From: Pseudomonadota bacterium
Lineage (GTDB): Bacteria; Bdellovibrionota; FAC87; UBA2466
Assembly (NCBI GenBank): GCA_043767805.1
Contig: JAYUGC010000053.1
Location: forward strand, 15,064-79,063
Length of the DNA: 64,000 nucleotides
Direction: 5' to 3'
How positions within the stretch are numbered: the stretch's first letter is position 1; every line of letters begins with the position of its first letter. The translations under genes and the position numbers were made by a program. Under the pieces are notes generated by a model. That model saw only the letters and a list, made by a program, of their open reading frames with translations. It made no database searches and was not told the origin of the DNA. Positions 9,095 to 18,509 of this stretch are shown one piece after another.

Positions 9095-9703
9095 ATGAAA
9101 CGAGTGATTTTAGTGGTTCAAGAGGACCCAGGCTTGGAGTCATTTTTGAGATCGCAACTGGACGAGGAACGCTACGTACTGAAAAGCGCCAGCTCGATTC
9201 TAGAAGCGCGCGCGCGTTTGAACGAAGCGCCGGTGGATTTGGTCTTTTCTAAAATGTCGTTTCCCGATGGAGATGCTTCCGCCTTGAGCGATTGCTTGCG
9301 AGGGGCGACGCTCATCCCGCTCGAAGGATCCGCGCACAGCCAGGAGATCGTCACGAAAGCCGTGGCCGCGCTCCGCCGCTTCTCCGATTTGTCAGTTGGA
9401 GACATCGTCGTCGATTTGAACCGCCGGGAAGTGAGAAACAACGACACGCCCATTCGCCTGCGGCGCCGTGAATTCGATATTTTTTCGATTCTCGTCCGCC
9501 GCCGCGAGGAAATAGTGACTCGCCGGGAAATTCTGAAAGAGCTGCAAGAGCCTCGCGAATTCTCCGTGAGAAACTTGGACAGTCACGTCAGCCGTATCCG
9601 CAATGCCCTTCGCAAAGCCGGAGCGGACGATCTCATCATCACCTCGGTCTACGGCATGGGCTATAAGGTCGAGCTTCTTCGCGAGAACGAGAGGGCCGGA
9701 TGA
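9095..9703 (+). CDS. OmpR/PhoB-type winged-helix transcriptional regulator with a degenerate receiver domain
   Basis: C-terminal wHTH (IVVDLNRREVR...IRLRRREFDIFSILV...SVYGMGYKVE); N-terminal receiver-like fold in which the phospho-acceptor position reads DLVFSKMSFPDGD (Ser where Asp is expected); strong RBS AGGAGG. Confidence 0.6.
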   Translation: MKRVILVVQEDPGLESFLRSQLDEERYVLKSASSILEARARLNEAPVDLVFSKMSFPDGDASALSDCLRGATLIPLEGSAHSQEIVTKAVAALRRFSDLSVGDIVVDLNRREVRNNDTPIRLRRREFDIFSILVRRREEIVTRREILKELQEPREFSVRNLDSHVSRIRNALRKAGADDLIITSVYGMGYKVELLRENERAG

Positions 9704-10164
9704 TTGTCGCCGAATCCTTGCCGCTTCTTTTCGGCCTCGAGGCCGATCGAGAAGCGTGATCGAAATGGACGCGTGACCAGTTCTTTTGCTCACAAAAAAG
9801 AAAGCGGCAAGTTTTTCGGGCCTACAAAAAATGGCACCGAGTCTGCAACTAAGTTCCACGACTCGTCACAATGACGAGCGGCAACTAGGAGGCATCGGTG
9901 ACTTTACCCAAAATGAAACAAATGGCTCTCTCTTTTGCCCTAGCGCTCGCGCTGACGGCTTGCGGCCGCCTTCCGGAAGTAGAGGGCTCGCTTTCAGAAG
10001 CAATGAGTGCGATGAAGGCGGAGCTCAAGAATCCCGCTAACGCAATGACTGGCGAGGCGTCTCTCGAGTCGGTCGCGTCCAAGAGGGCAGCAGTGGAAAT
10101 GCGGGCTACGTCTACTGCACGAGTGTCAGCTCGAAATGTAAAAACCAGAAAACTTGGTTACAGC

Positions 10165-11916
10165 TCAGGGCGGCCCGGACGATTCGGGCCGCTCCACCCC
10201 TGCCACGCGGAACTCTTGTCCGCCAAAGTGGTAGAGATGCAAACGGAGCGGAGGCGTTTCGGAAACCCCTTGAAGCCCCGCGGTCACGTCGAGCACGAGG
10301 TAAGCGGGCTTCTGCTTCGTGCCGCCCGCTTGCTTGGGCAGCTCGACACAAACGCGCTCCGATCCCGTGCGAGCGGTAACGCCGAGCCGGCCCCCGGAAG
10401 TAAACGGCTCTCCTTGCCAGAGCTCGGCCTTATAAACTCGCTTTGTCTGCGAAACGACTTTCGCGTAGACGGCGAGATCTCTAACACAGAGGCGTCCCTC
10501 GGAAGCTTCCACCGCTGGATGCGAAAGGGGCGAGAGCTTTCCCAGCCAGCGCGCCAGCACTTTGTCTCTGCGGCCGAGAATCGCTTTTCTCATCTCCCGG
10601 TCGAGGACTTTGTTTTGCAACTTCGCCTCGTCGATAATCGCGTTCATATGGGCGTCGGTCATCTCGGCAATGAGACGAGCCATCCAAGCATCGTCTTCTT
10701 CGCGGCGGTTGAGCATGCCCGTGAGCGGATAGCCAGCGTGCCATTCATCCGGCACGAAATTCTCCGCGTTGTAGTAGCCCAGGGAAGAGCCTGCGGGCCC
10801 GAACTTGGCTCTATCCCAGGGCCGCTCAATGACGCCTAGAGTGGCGAAATCGGCCAGCACGTGACCGGCCTTCAAGTAGTACGTCTGACCGTGACGGCGG
10901 GACATTTCGTCCTGGGCCCAGATGCTCCCGAAGCAATCTCCGAAATCGATGATGTTATGACGGACGTAGCCTTTTCCGTCCTTGTTCTCGTCAATCCACG
11001 TGGTCAGCGTGTTTTGATCGCGGGCATCGAAATGATTGGTCCAGGCATTGAGTACGTACCCGCCCCGGACTTCCCGGCGGTCCTCGTGATCGATGACGTC
11101 ATTGGGATCATCGCCACGTCTGCCCTCGTAGCGCCAAGGGCCGAGAGGCTTTCCGCTCAAGAACTCGCTCGCGAAGCCGCGGACTTTGCCTTCCGCATTG
11201 GGTTTTACCACCTGAAAGGCTTTGTTCACATCTTCCTGGGTCATGGCCACTTTCGTGCCATCCGCCTTTTTGATGGTGGCCTTGGGCGATAGCTTCAGCA
11301 CCTTGGGATTAAAATAGACGATCTGATTGCAAGGAGAAGGATAGCCGAGAAAATGCCAGATCTTCGAGCCGATGACGTCGGCCGCGGTAGCTCGCTCGGG
11401 CTGGTCCTCTCCGTCAAATTTGAAAAAGTACTTCTTCCCCGCGGCGGTCTTGACGAGAAAGCCGGGATTTAGCCCATCGGGCTTTCCGCCGATGACTTCG
11501 AACGGTCCATTGGGATCGAGAATGATGTCGCAGGCTCCGCGCGCGGCCTCGGTCGGCGTGGGCGGTTTCCCTTGGAGACGATTTGTAAACCAGGACGAAT
11601 CGGGAACCTCGTCCCAGGCGTTCACGTTCTTCGCCCGGCGCGTGACGTCGAACGCAAACAGATGGGGAATCGGCCGAAGCATAGTGCCGTCGAAGACTTC
11701 CCAGAAGGTCGCCGGCTCGTACTCTTCGGGCTCGGCCGCGAACTCACGGAAATCTCCGTCGTCCTTCCACATCGTATCCTTGAGCGGAAAACGGCGCGGG
11801 CTCGACGCACAAGAGATCAGTAATGCCGACAACACCGCGCTAAAAAGCGCGTGTGAGGCCGACGAGAAAACGAAACTCATCGAACTTACCCCCTTGATCG
11901 AAGGGCTTAGAGGCAA
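10165..11916 (-). CDS. secreted hypothetical protein (583 aa)
   Basis: Long ORF with protein-like composition and a signal/lipoprotein-like N-terminus (MSFVFSSASHALFSAVLSALLISCASS); no family recognised; true start may be the internal Met at 11880. Confidence 0.55.
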   Translation of the reverse strand: MPLSPSIKGVSSMSFVFSSASHALFSAVLSALLISCASSPRRFPLKDTMWKDDGDFREFAAEPEEYEPATFWEVFDGTMLRPIPHLFAFDVTRRAKNVNAWDEVPDSSWFTNRLQGKPPTPTEAARGACDIILDPNGPFEVIGGKPDGLNPGFLVKTAAGKKYFFKFDGEDQPERATAADVIGSKIWHFLGYPSPCNQIVYFNPKVLKLSPKATIKKADGTKVAMTQEDVNKAFQVVKPNAEGKVRGFASEFLSGKPLGPWRYEGRRGDDPNDVIDHEDRREVRGGYVLNAWTNHFDARDQNTLTTWIDENKDGKGYVRHNIIDFGDCFGSIWAQDEMSRRHGQTYYLKAGHVLADFATLGVIERPWDRAKFGPAGSSLGYYNAENFVPDEWHAGYPLTGMLNRREEDDAWMARLIAEMTDAHMNAIIDEAKLQNKVLDREMRKAILGRRDKVLARWLGKLSPLSHPAVEASEGRLCVRDLAVYAKVVSQTKRVYKAELWQGEPFTSGGRLGVTARTGSERVCVELPKQAGGTKQKPAYLVLDVTAGLQGVSETPPLRLHLYHFGGQEFRVAGVERPESSGPP

Positions 11917-13198
11917 AAGCTAAAGTCAGCGAGAACGTCTCGTCGGCATCGGTCGGAGCTTTCATGCCGATACCAAGACTCTTTCTCAAGCGATCGAACT
12001 TGAAGCCGCCGAGATCCCGCTGAAAGACGTTGCCCACTTCGAAATTGGTAAACCCATCCAGGAAAGACCAGATGGGCCAGCGGTACTCGAGCGTGGCGGC
12101 GACCGCGCTTTCATCGACTAAACGCGCCTGCCGGAAACCTAAAAGCGGGCGGCTACCGCCGAGCTGCATGAGCTCCGTGAACGGGACCGGGTTGGCTGAG
12201 CCACCCGTGGGCCGCACGAAGTGACCGTCGACGGTGAGACTGAGAACCCGAAACCGTCGGTTCAGAGCGGCAAAGCCGGTTAGACTTCCGCCGTAGGTGA
12301 TCCAGCCACTCCGGAACTTTCCCCGCAAAGAGAAGGCATGCTCAAAAAGCAGGCTCGCGCGCACTCCGAACATTTCGGAAGGCCGGGAGGGCCGATCTCC
12401 CCAGCCGACTTCGACCAATTGACGTAACGAGGTGTATCCCGAGCGAAAGCCGTTCGGGGTGGGAAATACACCCGCCGAGATTTTCGACTCGATGCCGGGA
12501 TCGTCGCAGCACGAGCCGTCTTGAAAGTCCGCCGATTTGAAACCGAGCTCCGCGCGGTACCAGCCCCGTTGTGGGATCTGATTCTTATAGCCAACGCTGA
12601 CTTCCGTCTTTCTTAGCTGAAAACGGGAACGATCGGCTTCAAGCGTATTCCAGCCGACGCCGTGAAAGATGAGATCCGGCCGCTGGTTCCATTGCACGGT
12701 GGTGATTAGCTGAGAGTGAGAATCGAGCTGAGCCCGATCTCTGACGCCAAGCCCGTAATAGCGCGAGCCTCCGTAAGCGATGTCGAACGCGAACTGATGC
12801 GATTCCCAGGGAAAACGCTTTCCTTTGAAATGAAGCCCGGCGCTGGGACGAAAACCGAAGTCGAGGAGAGCCGTCGGATACAGCGTGAACTGCTGCTCTT
12901 CTCCAAAAGAGAAAAGATCGACGAGCTGAGTGGGAAGCTTGTGCTTTTCGGCGTAGCGCCCGAAGGAGTTGATCGGCCAGCGGAAGCCGTACTCAGTGAC
13001 GAGATAGACCGGATAAAAAAGAACTCTCGGTATCCAAAGAAGTTTTTGCCCCGTGGTCTCGGGCGCTTCTCCCCGGCCATCGTAGTTGGGCAGAGGTCTT
13101 TCCTCGGCCGGCGGGGCCTCGACGGCACGAGCGAGCGCGGGAGCTCCCAGCAAGGCAAGAAAAACCAAGGCGCTCCCGATATTACGCATTCTTCTCAT
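11840..13198 (-). CDS. outer membrane beta-barrel protein, Omp85/surface-antigen-like short form
   Basis: Signal peptide; alternating beta-strand pattern; C-terminal aromatic residue (..GLTRAF); Gly/aromatic-rich barrel region. Confidence 0.5.
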   Translation of the reverse strand: MRRMRNIGSALVFLALLGAPALARAVEAPPAEERPLPNYDGRGEAPETTGQKLLWIPRVLFYPVYLVTEYGFRWPINSFGRYAEKHKLPTQLVDLFSFGEEQQFTLYPTALLDFGFRPSAGLHFKGKRFPWESHQFAFDIAYGGSRYYGLGVRDRAQLDSHSQLITTVQWNQRPDLIFHGVGWNTLEADRSRFQLRKTEVSVGYKNQIPQRGWYRAELGFKSADFQDGSCCDDPGIESKISAGVFPTPNGFRSGYTSLRQLVEVGWGDRPSRPSEMFGVRASLLFEHAFSLRGKFRSGWITYGGSLTGFAALNRRFRVLSLTVDGHFVRPTGGSANPVPFTELMQLGGSRPLLGFRQARLVDESAVAATLEYRWPIWSFLDGFTNFEVGNVFQRDLGGFKFDRLRKSLGIGMKAPTDADETFSLTLAFASKPFDQGGKFDEFRFLVGLTRAF

Positions 13199-13232
13199 TT
13201 TAGTGTGCGTCCGCTATTCTGGAAACTCTCTA

Positions 13233-14051
13233 ATGCCGTATTTTCACCGTCTGATCCGCCTTTTCCTCGTCGTCAACTTGAGCACCGCCGTGGCAAGCGC
13301 CGCCGTTCCCGAAAAAGAACGCTCGCTTCCTTTTAGTAACGTTCAATACGCCCTTTTGCCCGTGCTGCTCGTGGGCAATGTCTTCTTGGCCTATCAGGCC
13401 CCGTCCGAAAAGGCCGGCTGGAGTAGCCCCATCCTCTTCGACCAAGCGGCGAGATCGGCTTTGCGCGCCGAAACCTCCGAAGGCCGCGCCGTCGCGGCCA
13501 CGGTGAGCAATATCTTACTCTACTCTCTCGTTTCTTATCCTTATGTCGTCGACGTGGCCGCCGATGCCGGCATCGCTCAAGGGGATGGAAAGACCGCGGG
13601 CCGGTTAGCTCTGATTAACTCGCAAGCCTTCCTGGCGACCGGCGCCGTGGTTCAGATGGTGAAACTCCTTAGCGCGCGGCAGCGGCCCTTTCAGGGAGAG
13701 TGCGCGACGGACTCGAAATACGATCCAGGTTGCGACAGCCCCGATAGCCGGCTCAGTTTCTTCAGTGGTCACACGGCTTTTGCCTTCACGGCCGCAGGCC
13801 TTATCTGCGCACATCATAAGGCCCTCGATCTCGCGGGCGGCATGGCGCCTTGCTACGTCTCTTTAGGGCTCGCGCTCGCGACGGCAATGACGCGCGTAAT
13901 GGCCGATCGCCACTACGCCTCGGACGTCCTGGTGGGAACCGTGGTCGGCTTACTTTCCGGGTTCGTACTGACGCGCGCCACGCAAAGCGAGGGATCCTAC
14001 GTCGTCAATCGCTCGGCTCCTTTGAGCATGACCTTCGCCTTTGGACTGTAG
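13233..14051 (+). CDS. PAP2-family phosphatase (membrane)
   Basis: Three PAP2 motifs: KLLSARQRP, SFFSGHT and TRVMADRHYASDVLVG; start taken at the internal ATG at 13233 because the longer ORF overlaps the divergent OMP gene. Confidence 0.7.
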   Translation: MPYFHRLIRLFLVVNLSTAVASAAVPEKERSLPFSNVQYALLPVLLVGNVFLAYQAPSEKAGWSSPILFDQAARSALRAETSEGRAVAATVSNILLYSLVSYPYVVDVAADAGIAQGDGKTAGRLALINSQAFLATGAVVQMVKLLSARQRPFQGECATDSKYDPGCDSPDSRLSFFSGHTAFAFTAAGLICAHHKALDLAGGMAPCYVSLGLALATAMTRVMADRHYASDVLVGTVVGLLSGFVLTRATQSEGSYVVNRSAPLSMTFAFGL

Positions 14052-14093
14052 TCCAAAATCCGTTACAATAGAGAGAATCCCCCAGGAAAATTT

Positions 14094-15407
14094 ATGCCAC
14101 TCTCTACGATCCGCAGCCTGGATCGCGATTCCGCGAAAAAGGTTGGACTGCTCTTTCTTTTCTTCTTTTTGATTATCGCGGCCTTCTGGACGCTAAAGCC
14201 CATGAGGACGTCGAACGTTATCAAGGCCTTCGGACCCGATTACTACCCGCTCTTCAAGCAGGGGTTCATCTTCCTGGTGCCCCTCTTCATGGGGCTCTTC
14301 ACCTCGATGACCTGCTACCTGAACCGGGAACAGTTGGTCTACTTCTTCACCGGACTATTCCTCGCCACGAGCTGGGCCTTCTGGCTCGCCTTCGAAACGG
14401 TGGCCTCCCCCGCGGTGCAGATCCTCTTCTACTTCTATGTCGATGCCTACATCACCCTGATGGTGGTGCTCTTCTTCTCTTATCTGAGCGACATCTATAA
14501 GCCGGAAGAAGCCAAAAAGTATTACGGCATCATCGGGCTCGGCGGCCTGCTGGGTGGCATCGTCGGCTCGGCCGTCTCTGGCTGGGCGAGCGAGCTGCTC
14601 GGAAACCACATCATTCTCACCATCTCCTTCTTCCTCATTCCGATTTTCTTCATCGTGAATGCCCTGAAAGGCGTCGTTCCGCCTGCCAATACGTCGACAG
14701 TTTGCACGACGGAAGGAAAAACCGCCACGGGACGTTTCACCGAAGGTGTGACCCTCGTTTTCCGCTCTCGTTATCTACTCGCCATCGCGCTCATCGTCGG
14801 TCTTTACGAGATCATGAGCACGACCATCGATTACCAATACACGGCCATGGCGGATGCTCGTTACACGGATCGCGCGCAGATGGCCGCCTTCCAAGGGCAA
14901 GTCGCGTTCTGGTCGAGTGTGGCTTCCGTCTTCGTGCAGATGTTCCTCACCACCTGGATTTTGCGATCGAAGGGCGTTCTCGTCGCCTTGATGATCCTTC
15001 CCGTGCTCATGCTGAGCGGCTCTTCGATGTTTCTCATCTTCCCGATGCTCAGCGTGATTGCGTTTACGACTGGAGGAGACGCGGCGTTCTCGTACTCCAT
15101 CAATCAGATCTCGAAAGAAGTGCTCTACGTGCCGCTCGATAGCGTCGCACGCTTCAAGAGCAAAGCCTTCATCGACATGTTCGTGCAGCGGGGCGCGAAG
15201 GCCGCGGGCGGCCTCGTGCTCATGGCCTACACGCTTTATCTCCGTAAGCAGGGCTTCTCCACGAACTGGCTCATGGGCTTGAACATCGTTTGCGGCGTGG
15301 TTTGGGTCGGAGCCGTGCTCTACGCGAGCCGCGTCTTCAACGAGTACACCGCGGCGAAACCTGTCGAATCGCCGGTCGCGAAGTCGCAAATGAGCCAGGC
15401 GTCCTAA
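14094..15407 (+). CDS. multi-pass membrane transporter, TLC (ATP/ADP translocase-like) / MFS-related family
   Basis: About 12 predicted TM segments; the N-terminal pattern KKVGLLFLFFFLIIAAFWTLKPMRTSNVIK resembles the TLC/Npt N-terminus (KKxLPMFLMFFxIxFNYxxLRDxKDTL); family call is tentative. Confidence 0.45.
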   Translation: MPLSTIRSLDRDSAKKVGLLFLFFFLIIAAFWTLKPMRTSNVIKAFGPDYYPLFKQGFIFLVPLFMGLFTSMTCYLNREQLVYFFTGLFLATSWAFWLAFETVASPAVQILFYFYVDAYITLMVVLFFSYLSDIYKPEEAKKYYGIIGLGGLLGGIVGSAVSGWASELLGNHIILTISFFLIPIFFIVNALKGVVPPANTSTVCTTEGKTATGRFTEGVTLVFRSRYLLAIALIVGLYEIMSTTIDYQYTAMADARYTDRAQMAAFQGQVAFWSSVASVFVQMFLTTWILRSKGVLVALMILPVLMLSGSSMFLIFPMLSVIAFTTGGDAAFSYSINQISKEVLYVPLDSVARFKSKAFIDMFVQRGAKAAGGLVLMAYTLYLRKQGFSTNWLMGLNIVCGVVWVGAVLYASRVFNEYTAAKPVESPVAKSQMSQAS

Positions 15408-15431
15408 AGCTAATTTTCCGTTCCCCGGGGA

Positions 15432-15857
15432 ATGCGCTATTCTTTCCCCATGGAAAATTTTCTTCGTAGCTGCGCGCTCGCTTATTCCGCTGGCACTTTA
15501 GGCGGCATCGCCAACTTTCTCTTCGGCTTGGCCATGGGATCGCTTGGGGTGATGTCGGCCCTAGGGATTCATCTTCCCGCGGGTCCCTTTCCAGCCACCC
15601 TCTATAACAAGATGGTTTGGGGCGGAATCTGGGGAGCGATGCTCTTTGTCCCCATCAGCGGCGGCATTCTCTCTCGCGGTTTTTGGATTGGCCTCGCGCC
15701 GACGCTCATCGCGGGACTCGTGGTCTTTCCCATGAAGATGAACAAAGGGCCGTTCGGAATTCAGCTGAGCCCGCTTATGCCGATCGTCATTATTCTCTTC
15801 AACTGGATTTGGGGAATCGTGACCGTGTGGTCGGCGCGCGAAATGGGCCTACGTTAG
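15432..15857 (+). CDS. small integral membrane protein
   Basis: 141-codon ORF, 4 hydrophobic segments. Confidence 0.45.
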   Translation: MRYSFPMENFLRSCALAYSAGTLGGIANFLFGLAMGSLGVMSALGIHLPAGPFPATLYNKMVWGGIWGAMLFVPISGGILSRGFWIGLAPTLIAGLVVFPMKMNKGPFGIQLSPLMPIVIILFNWIWGIVTVWSAREMGLR

Positions 15858-16478
15858 AAACGGATTTTCCCGTTTTTCTTCGCCGATACGAGTCGTCGGG
15901 CCGTGGCCCGGGTACACCACGAGATCGTCTTCGAGGACGAATAGCCGTTCTTTAATGGAGCGGGCGAGCTGGCGTTCGTCGCCGCCCCAAAGATCCGCGC
16001 GGCCCACGCTGCGATAAAAAAGCGTGTCCCCCGAATAGACGTTCTCTTTTCCGTCCTTCAGCTTGAAGCAAATGCTGCCGGGGCTATGGCCTGGGGTGTG
16101 GATGACCTCGAGACTGTGATCGCCGAAAGTGACGAGCTCTCCGTCCTCGACGAATTTCTCGATGGCGGTCGGGTCCTGAAACTCGAAACCGAACATCTCG
16201 CCCTGCTTCTTCAAAGCATTCCACAGCATTTCGTCGGACTTGTGCAAGGCCACGACTCCGCCGTTCACGGCTTTTACCGCAGCGGTCGCACCGAAATGAT
16301 CGAAGTGCGCGTGGGTGTGAAGCAGGTACTTAATCTTGAGATTCGGCTGACCGAGCGCCTTTAAAATCTTTTGCGGCTCGTCGCCTGGATCGATGAGGAC
16401 GGCCTCACCCGTGCGCTCGCAGACGAGCAAGGTGCAGTTACACTGAAGCGGTCCCACCACGATGTTCGTCTGAATCAT
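15849..16478 (-). CDS. MBL-fold metallo-hydrolase (glyoxalase II-like)
   Basis: HTHAHFDH metal-binding motif and HTPGHSPGS. Confidence 0.7.
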   Translation of the reverse strand: MIQTNIVVGPLQCNCTLLVCERTGEAVLIDPGDEPQKILKALGQPNLKIKYLLHTHAHFDHFGATAAVKAVNGGVVALHKSDEMLWNALKKQGEMFGFEFQDPTAIEKFVEDGELVTFGDHSLEVIHTPGHSPGSICFKLKDGKENVYSGDTLFYRSVGRADLWGGDERQLARSIKERLFVLEDDLVVYPGHGPTTRIGEEKRENPFLT

Positions 16479-17500
16479 TAGCCGTGGCCTCCCATGAGAA
16501 AGGGCTGTCCGTCGTCCACTCGCGAGTGGGTCTGATAGCGATCGAAATAATCCTCGCAGAAGGTGCGAAGCTCGTCGACGTCCTCGGTCTCAAAGATCCG
16601 GCGGCGAAAATGAGAAGCGCCCGGATAGCCGGCGGCGTACCACGCCATGAATTTTTTCAGAGAAAGAAACGCGCGCTCCTTGCCCTTGTGCTCGATGGCC
16701 AAGTCGAAATGGCGGGTGACGAGCTTTCCGAAATTCTCCTGTTCCGCGTGGTCGTCGAGAATTTCCCGGAATACCCACGGATTTTTCAGCGCACCCCGGC
16801 CGATCATCACGCCATGGCAATAGCCTTCGTCGATGCGGCGGCGGGCTTGCGCGGCGGTCAAGATGTCGCCGTTACCTAGAATCGGAATCGGACTTTCCTG
16901 CGAAACCTCGCGAATGATGTCCCAATCCGCGAGACCGGCATAGCCTTGCGCGCGCGTTCTCCCGTGAATCGCGACCCAAGACACTCCGGCCTGAGCCGCG
17001 GCGAGCACGACTTCCTTCACGTTGATAGAGCTTTCGTCCCATCCGGTGCGGACCTTGATGGTAAGCGGAATGGAGAGCACGTCTTTGATTTGCTTTAGGA
17101 GCTCGCCCATCTTCTGTGGATCTTGGAGCCAGGCGGCGCCGCCGCCATCGCAGACGACTTTTTTCACGGGACAGCCGAAGTTGATGTCGACGAAATCCGC
17201 GCCCTTGTCTTCCACGATTTTCGCAGCGGAAACCAACGTCTCAATCTTCGAGCCGAAAAGCTGAATGCCCACCGGGCGCTCTTCGTCGCAAAACTTCATG
17301 AGATCGAGGGTCTTCTGCCCCCCCCGCACGAGGCCTTCGGAAGAAATGAGTTCGGATACGACGACCTGAGCCCCTAACCCGCGGATGAGCGTGCGAAAAG
17401 TTATGTCGGTGATACCGGCCATCGGCGCCATCACGTAGCGCAAATCACCGAAGCGCTCGCGGAATAAACCAATAGGGGGAAGGGCCGGCATGGGGCGCAC
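16478..17500 (-). CDS. tRNA-dihydrouridine synthase
   Basis: Dus family: MAPMAGITD, INFGCP, catalytic C in CPVKKV, RTGWD; overlaps the start of the downstream MBL gene by 1 nt. Confidence 0.8.
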   Translation of the reverse strand: MRPMPALPPIGLFRERFGDLRYVMAPMAGITDITFRTLIRGLGAQVVVSELISSEGLVRGGQKTLDLMKFCDEERPVGIQLFGSKIETLVSAAKIVEDKGADFVDINFGCPVKKVVCDGGGAAWLQDPQKMGELLKQIKDVLSIPLTIKVRTGWDESSINVKEVVLAAAQAGVSWVAIHGRTRAQGYAGLADWDIIREVSQESPIPILGNGDILTAAQARRRIDEGYCHGVMIGRGALKNPWVFREILDDHAEQENFGKLVTRHFDLAIEHKGKERAFLSLKKFMAWYAAGYPGASHFRRRIFETEDVDELRTFCEDYFDRYQTHSRVDDGQPFLMGGHG

Positions 17501-17580
17501 CCTATCACACTACTGCGAAACGAAAAAAGCCCCCGCGGCCCTGCTGGCGCACGGAGGCTTTTCTCTGGGATGTCTGTAAC

Positions 17581-18183
17581 TTACAGGGTCGGTGGGGGGC
17601 CGATCGGAATCATCTGAACCGTGGCCGCCTGACCCATCGGCGCCGGTTGCAACCTGATTTGGAAGATCTGACCGGCAACGCTCACATACTGAAAGAGCGC
17701 CGAGGGCATCGCCGGAGGCGACGGCGGCATCGCCGGAGGGGGGCGGAGCAGCTGATCTTCTTTAGAGAAGGTGACGGAAAGAGCAACCGACCGGCGCATT
17801 GGGATCGACATGCGATTACACATTGAGGGCTGACTCAACGCGATTCCTTTCACCTCGAAGTTTTTCACCACGAGCGATTGTTGAGTCGGAGTCGGATATC
17901 CCTGACCGGGGATCAGCGTAATGATGGACTCGGACGTTTCCTGAAAGTACGTCGCATTCATCATGCAGGAATCTTGAATGGCGATTTCCGCCTGGAAACT
18001 TACCTTCCACAAAACTCGGCCTCGGCCGCTCGGATCGATCACGACCGGAGCATTGCCCTGCTGAATCTGAGGATAAGGGGACAAGGCGCGCAAAAGACGG
18101 AGACTCTGCGCGTCCGATAAGGGGCTTTCCGCGAACGCGGACGTACTTACGAGAATGAGTATGGCAAGGGCTTTCAATTTCAT
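17581..18183 (-). CDS. secreted Pro-rich hypothetical protein
   Basis: Signal peptide MKLKALAILILVSTSAFA taken from the internal Met; Pro-rich C-terminus. Confidence 0.45.
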   Translation of the reverse strand: MKLKALAILILVSTSAFAESPLSDAQSLRLLRALSPYPQIQQGNAPVVIDPSGRGRVLWKVSFQAEIAIQDSCMMNATYFQETSESIITLIPGQGYPTPTQQSLVVKNFEVKGIALSQPSMCNRMSIPMRRSVALSVTFSKEDQLLRPPPAMPPSPPAMPSALFQYVSVAGQIFQIRLQPAPMGQAATVQMIPIGPPPTL

Positions 18184-18509
18184 GGGGAAGCTCCGGGGGT
18201 TTAAGGGGTGGAGTGGGTGTGCTTTAGGTTGCGAGAGTGAATTGCAAAGCGAAGACCAACCTAAATACACGAATGAAACAGTTGGAAAGAAAGGTGACAG
18301 ATGCCGAACTTTTCGGCAAGCGCGCGGCGAGCGGAGCCCATACTGTCGGGTTACGGTGAGTTAGCCTGTCCAAATCTTGGACGCCCCTAAGGTCAGCGGG
18401 CCGATGCCCGGAAATTTCCCCGGCCCCCCTAAGAGTTAGCGGAAGGTGACCAAGAAGGGATGCTAAAAAGGTGGCGCCACGATGGCCTGGTCCAAGCCTA
18501 GGATTAGGC

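Noticed and set aside
9898-10839. 313-codon plus-strand ORF beginning with a convincing lipoprotein signal (MKQMALSFALALALTACG)
   Set aside because: From 10165 onward it is antisense to the 583-aa gene and becomes Arg-rich low-complexity, typical of antisense frames in GC-rich DNA. A genuine small lipoprotein confined to 9913-10164 would lack a stop codon. It is therefore not called, though a short real gene cannot be excluded.
17500-17580. Possible intrinsic terminator/hairpin (AAAAAAGCCCCCGCGG...GGAGGCTTTTCTCT) between the dus gene and the secreted protein gene
   Set aside because: I could not identify a convincing stem with an adjacent U-tract on either strand by eye. It is left uncalled.
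18271-18509. 240-nt gap between two minus-strand genes containing CCCGGAAATTTCCCCGG and a repeated CCCCTAAG
   Set aside because: The stem is short and imperfect, with no supporting context for a specific ncRNA or terminator, so the evidence is too weak to list as a feature.
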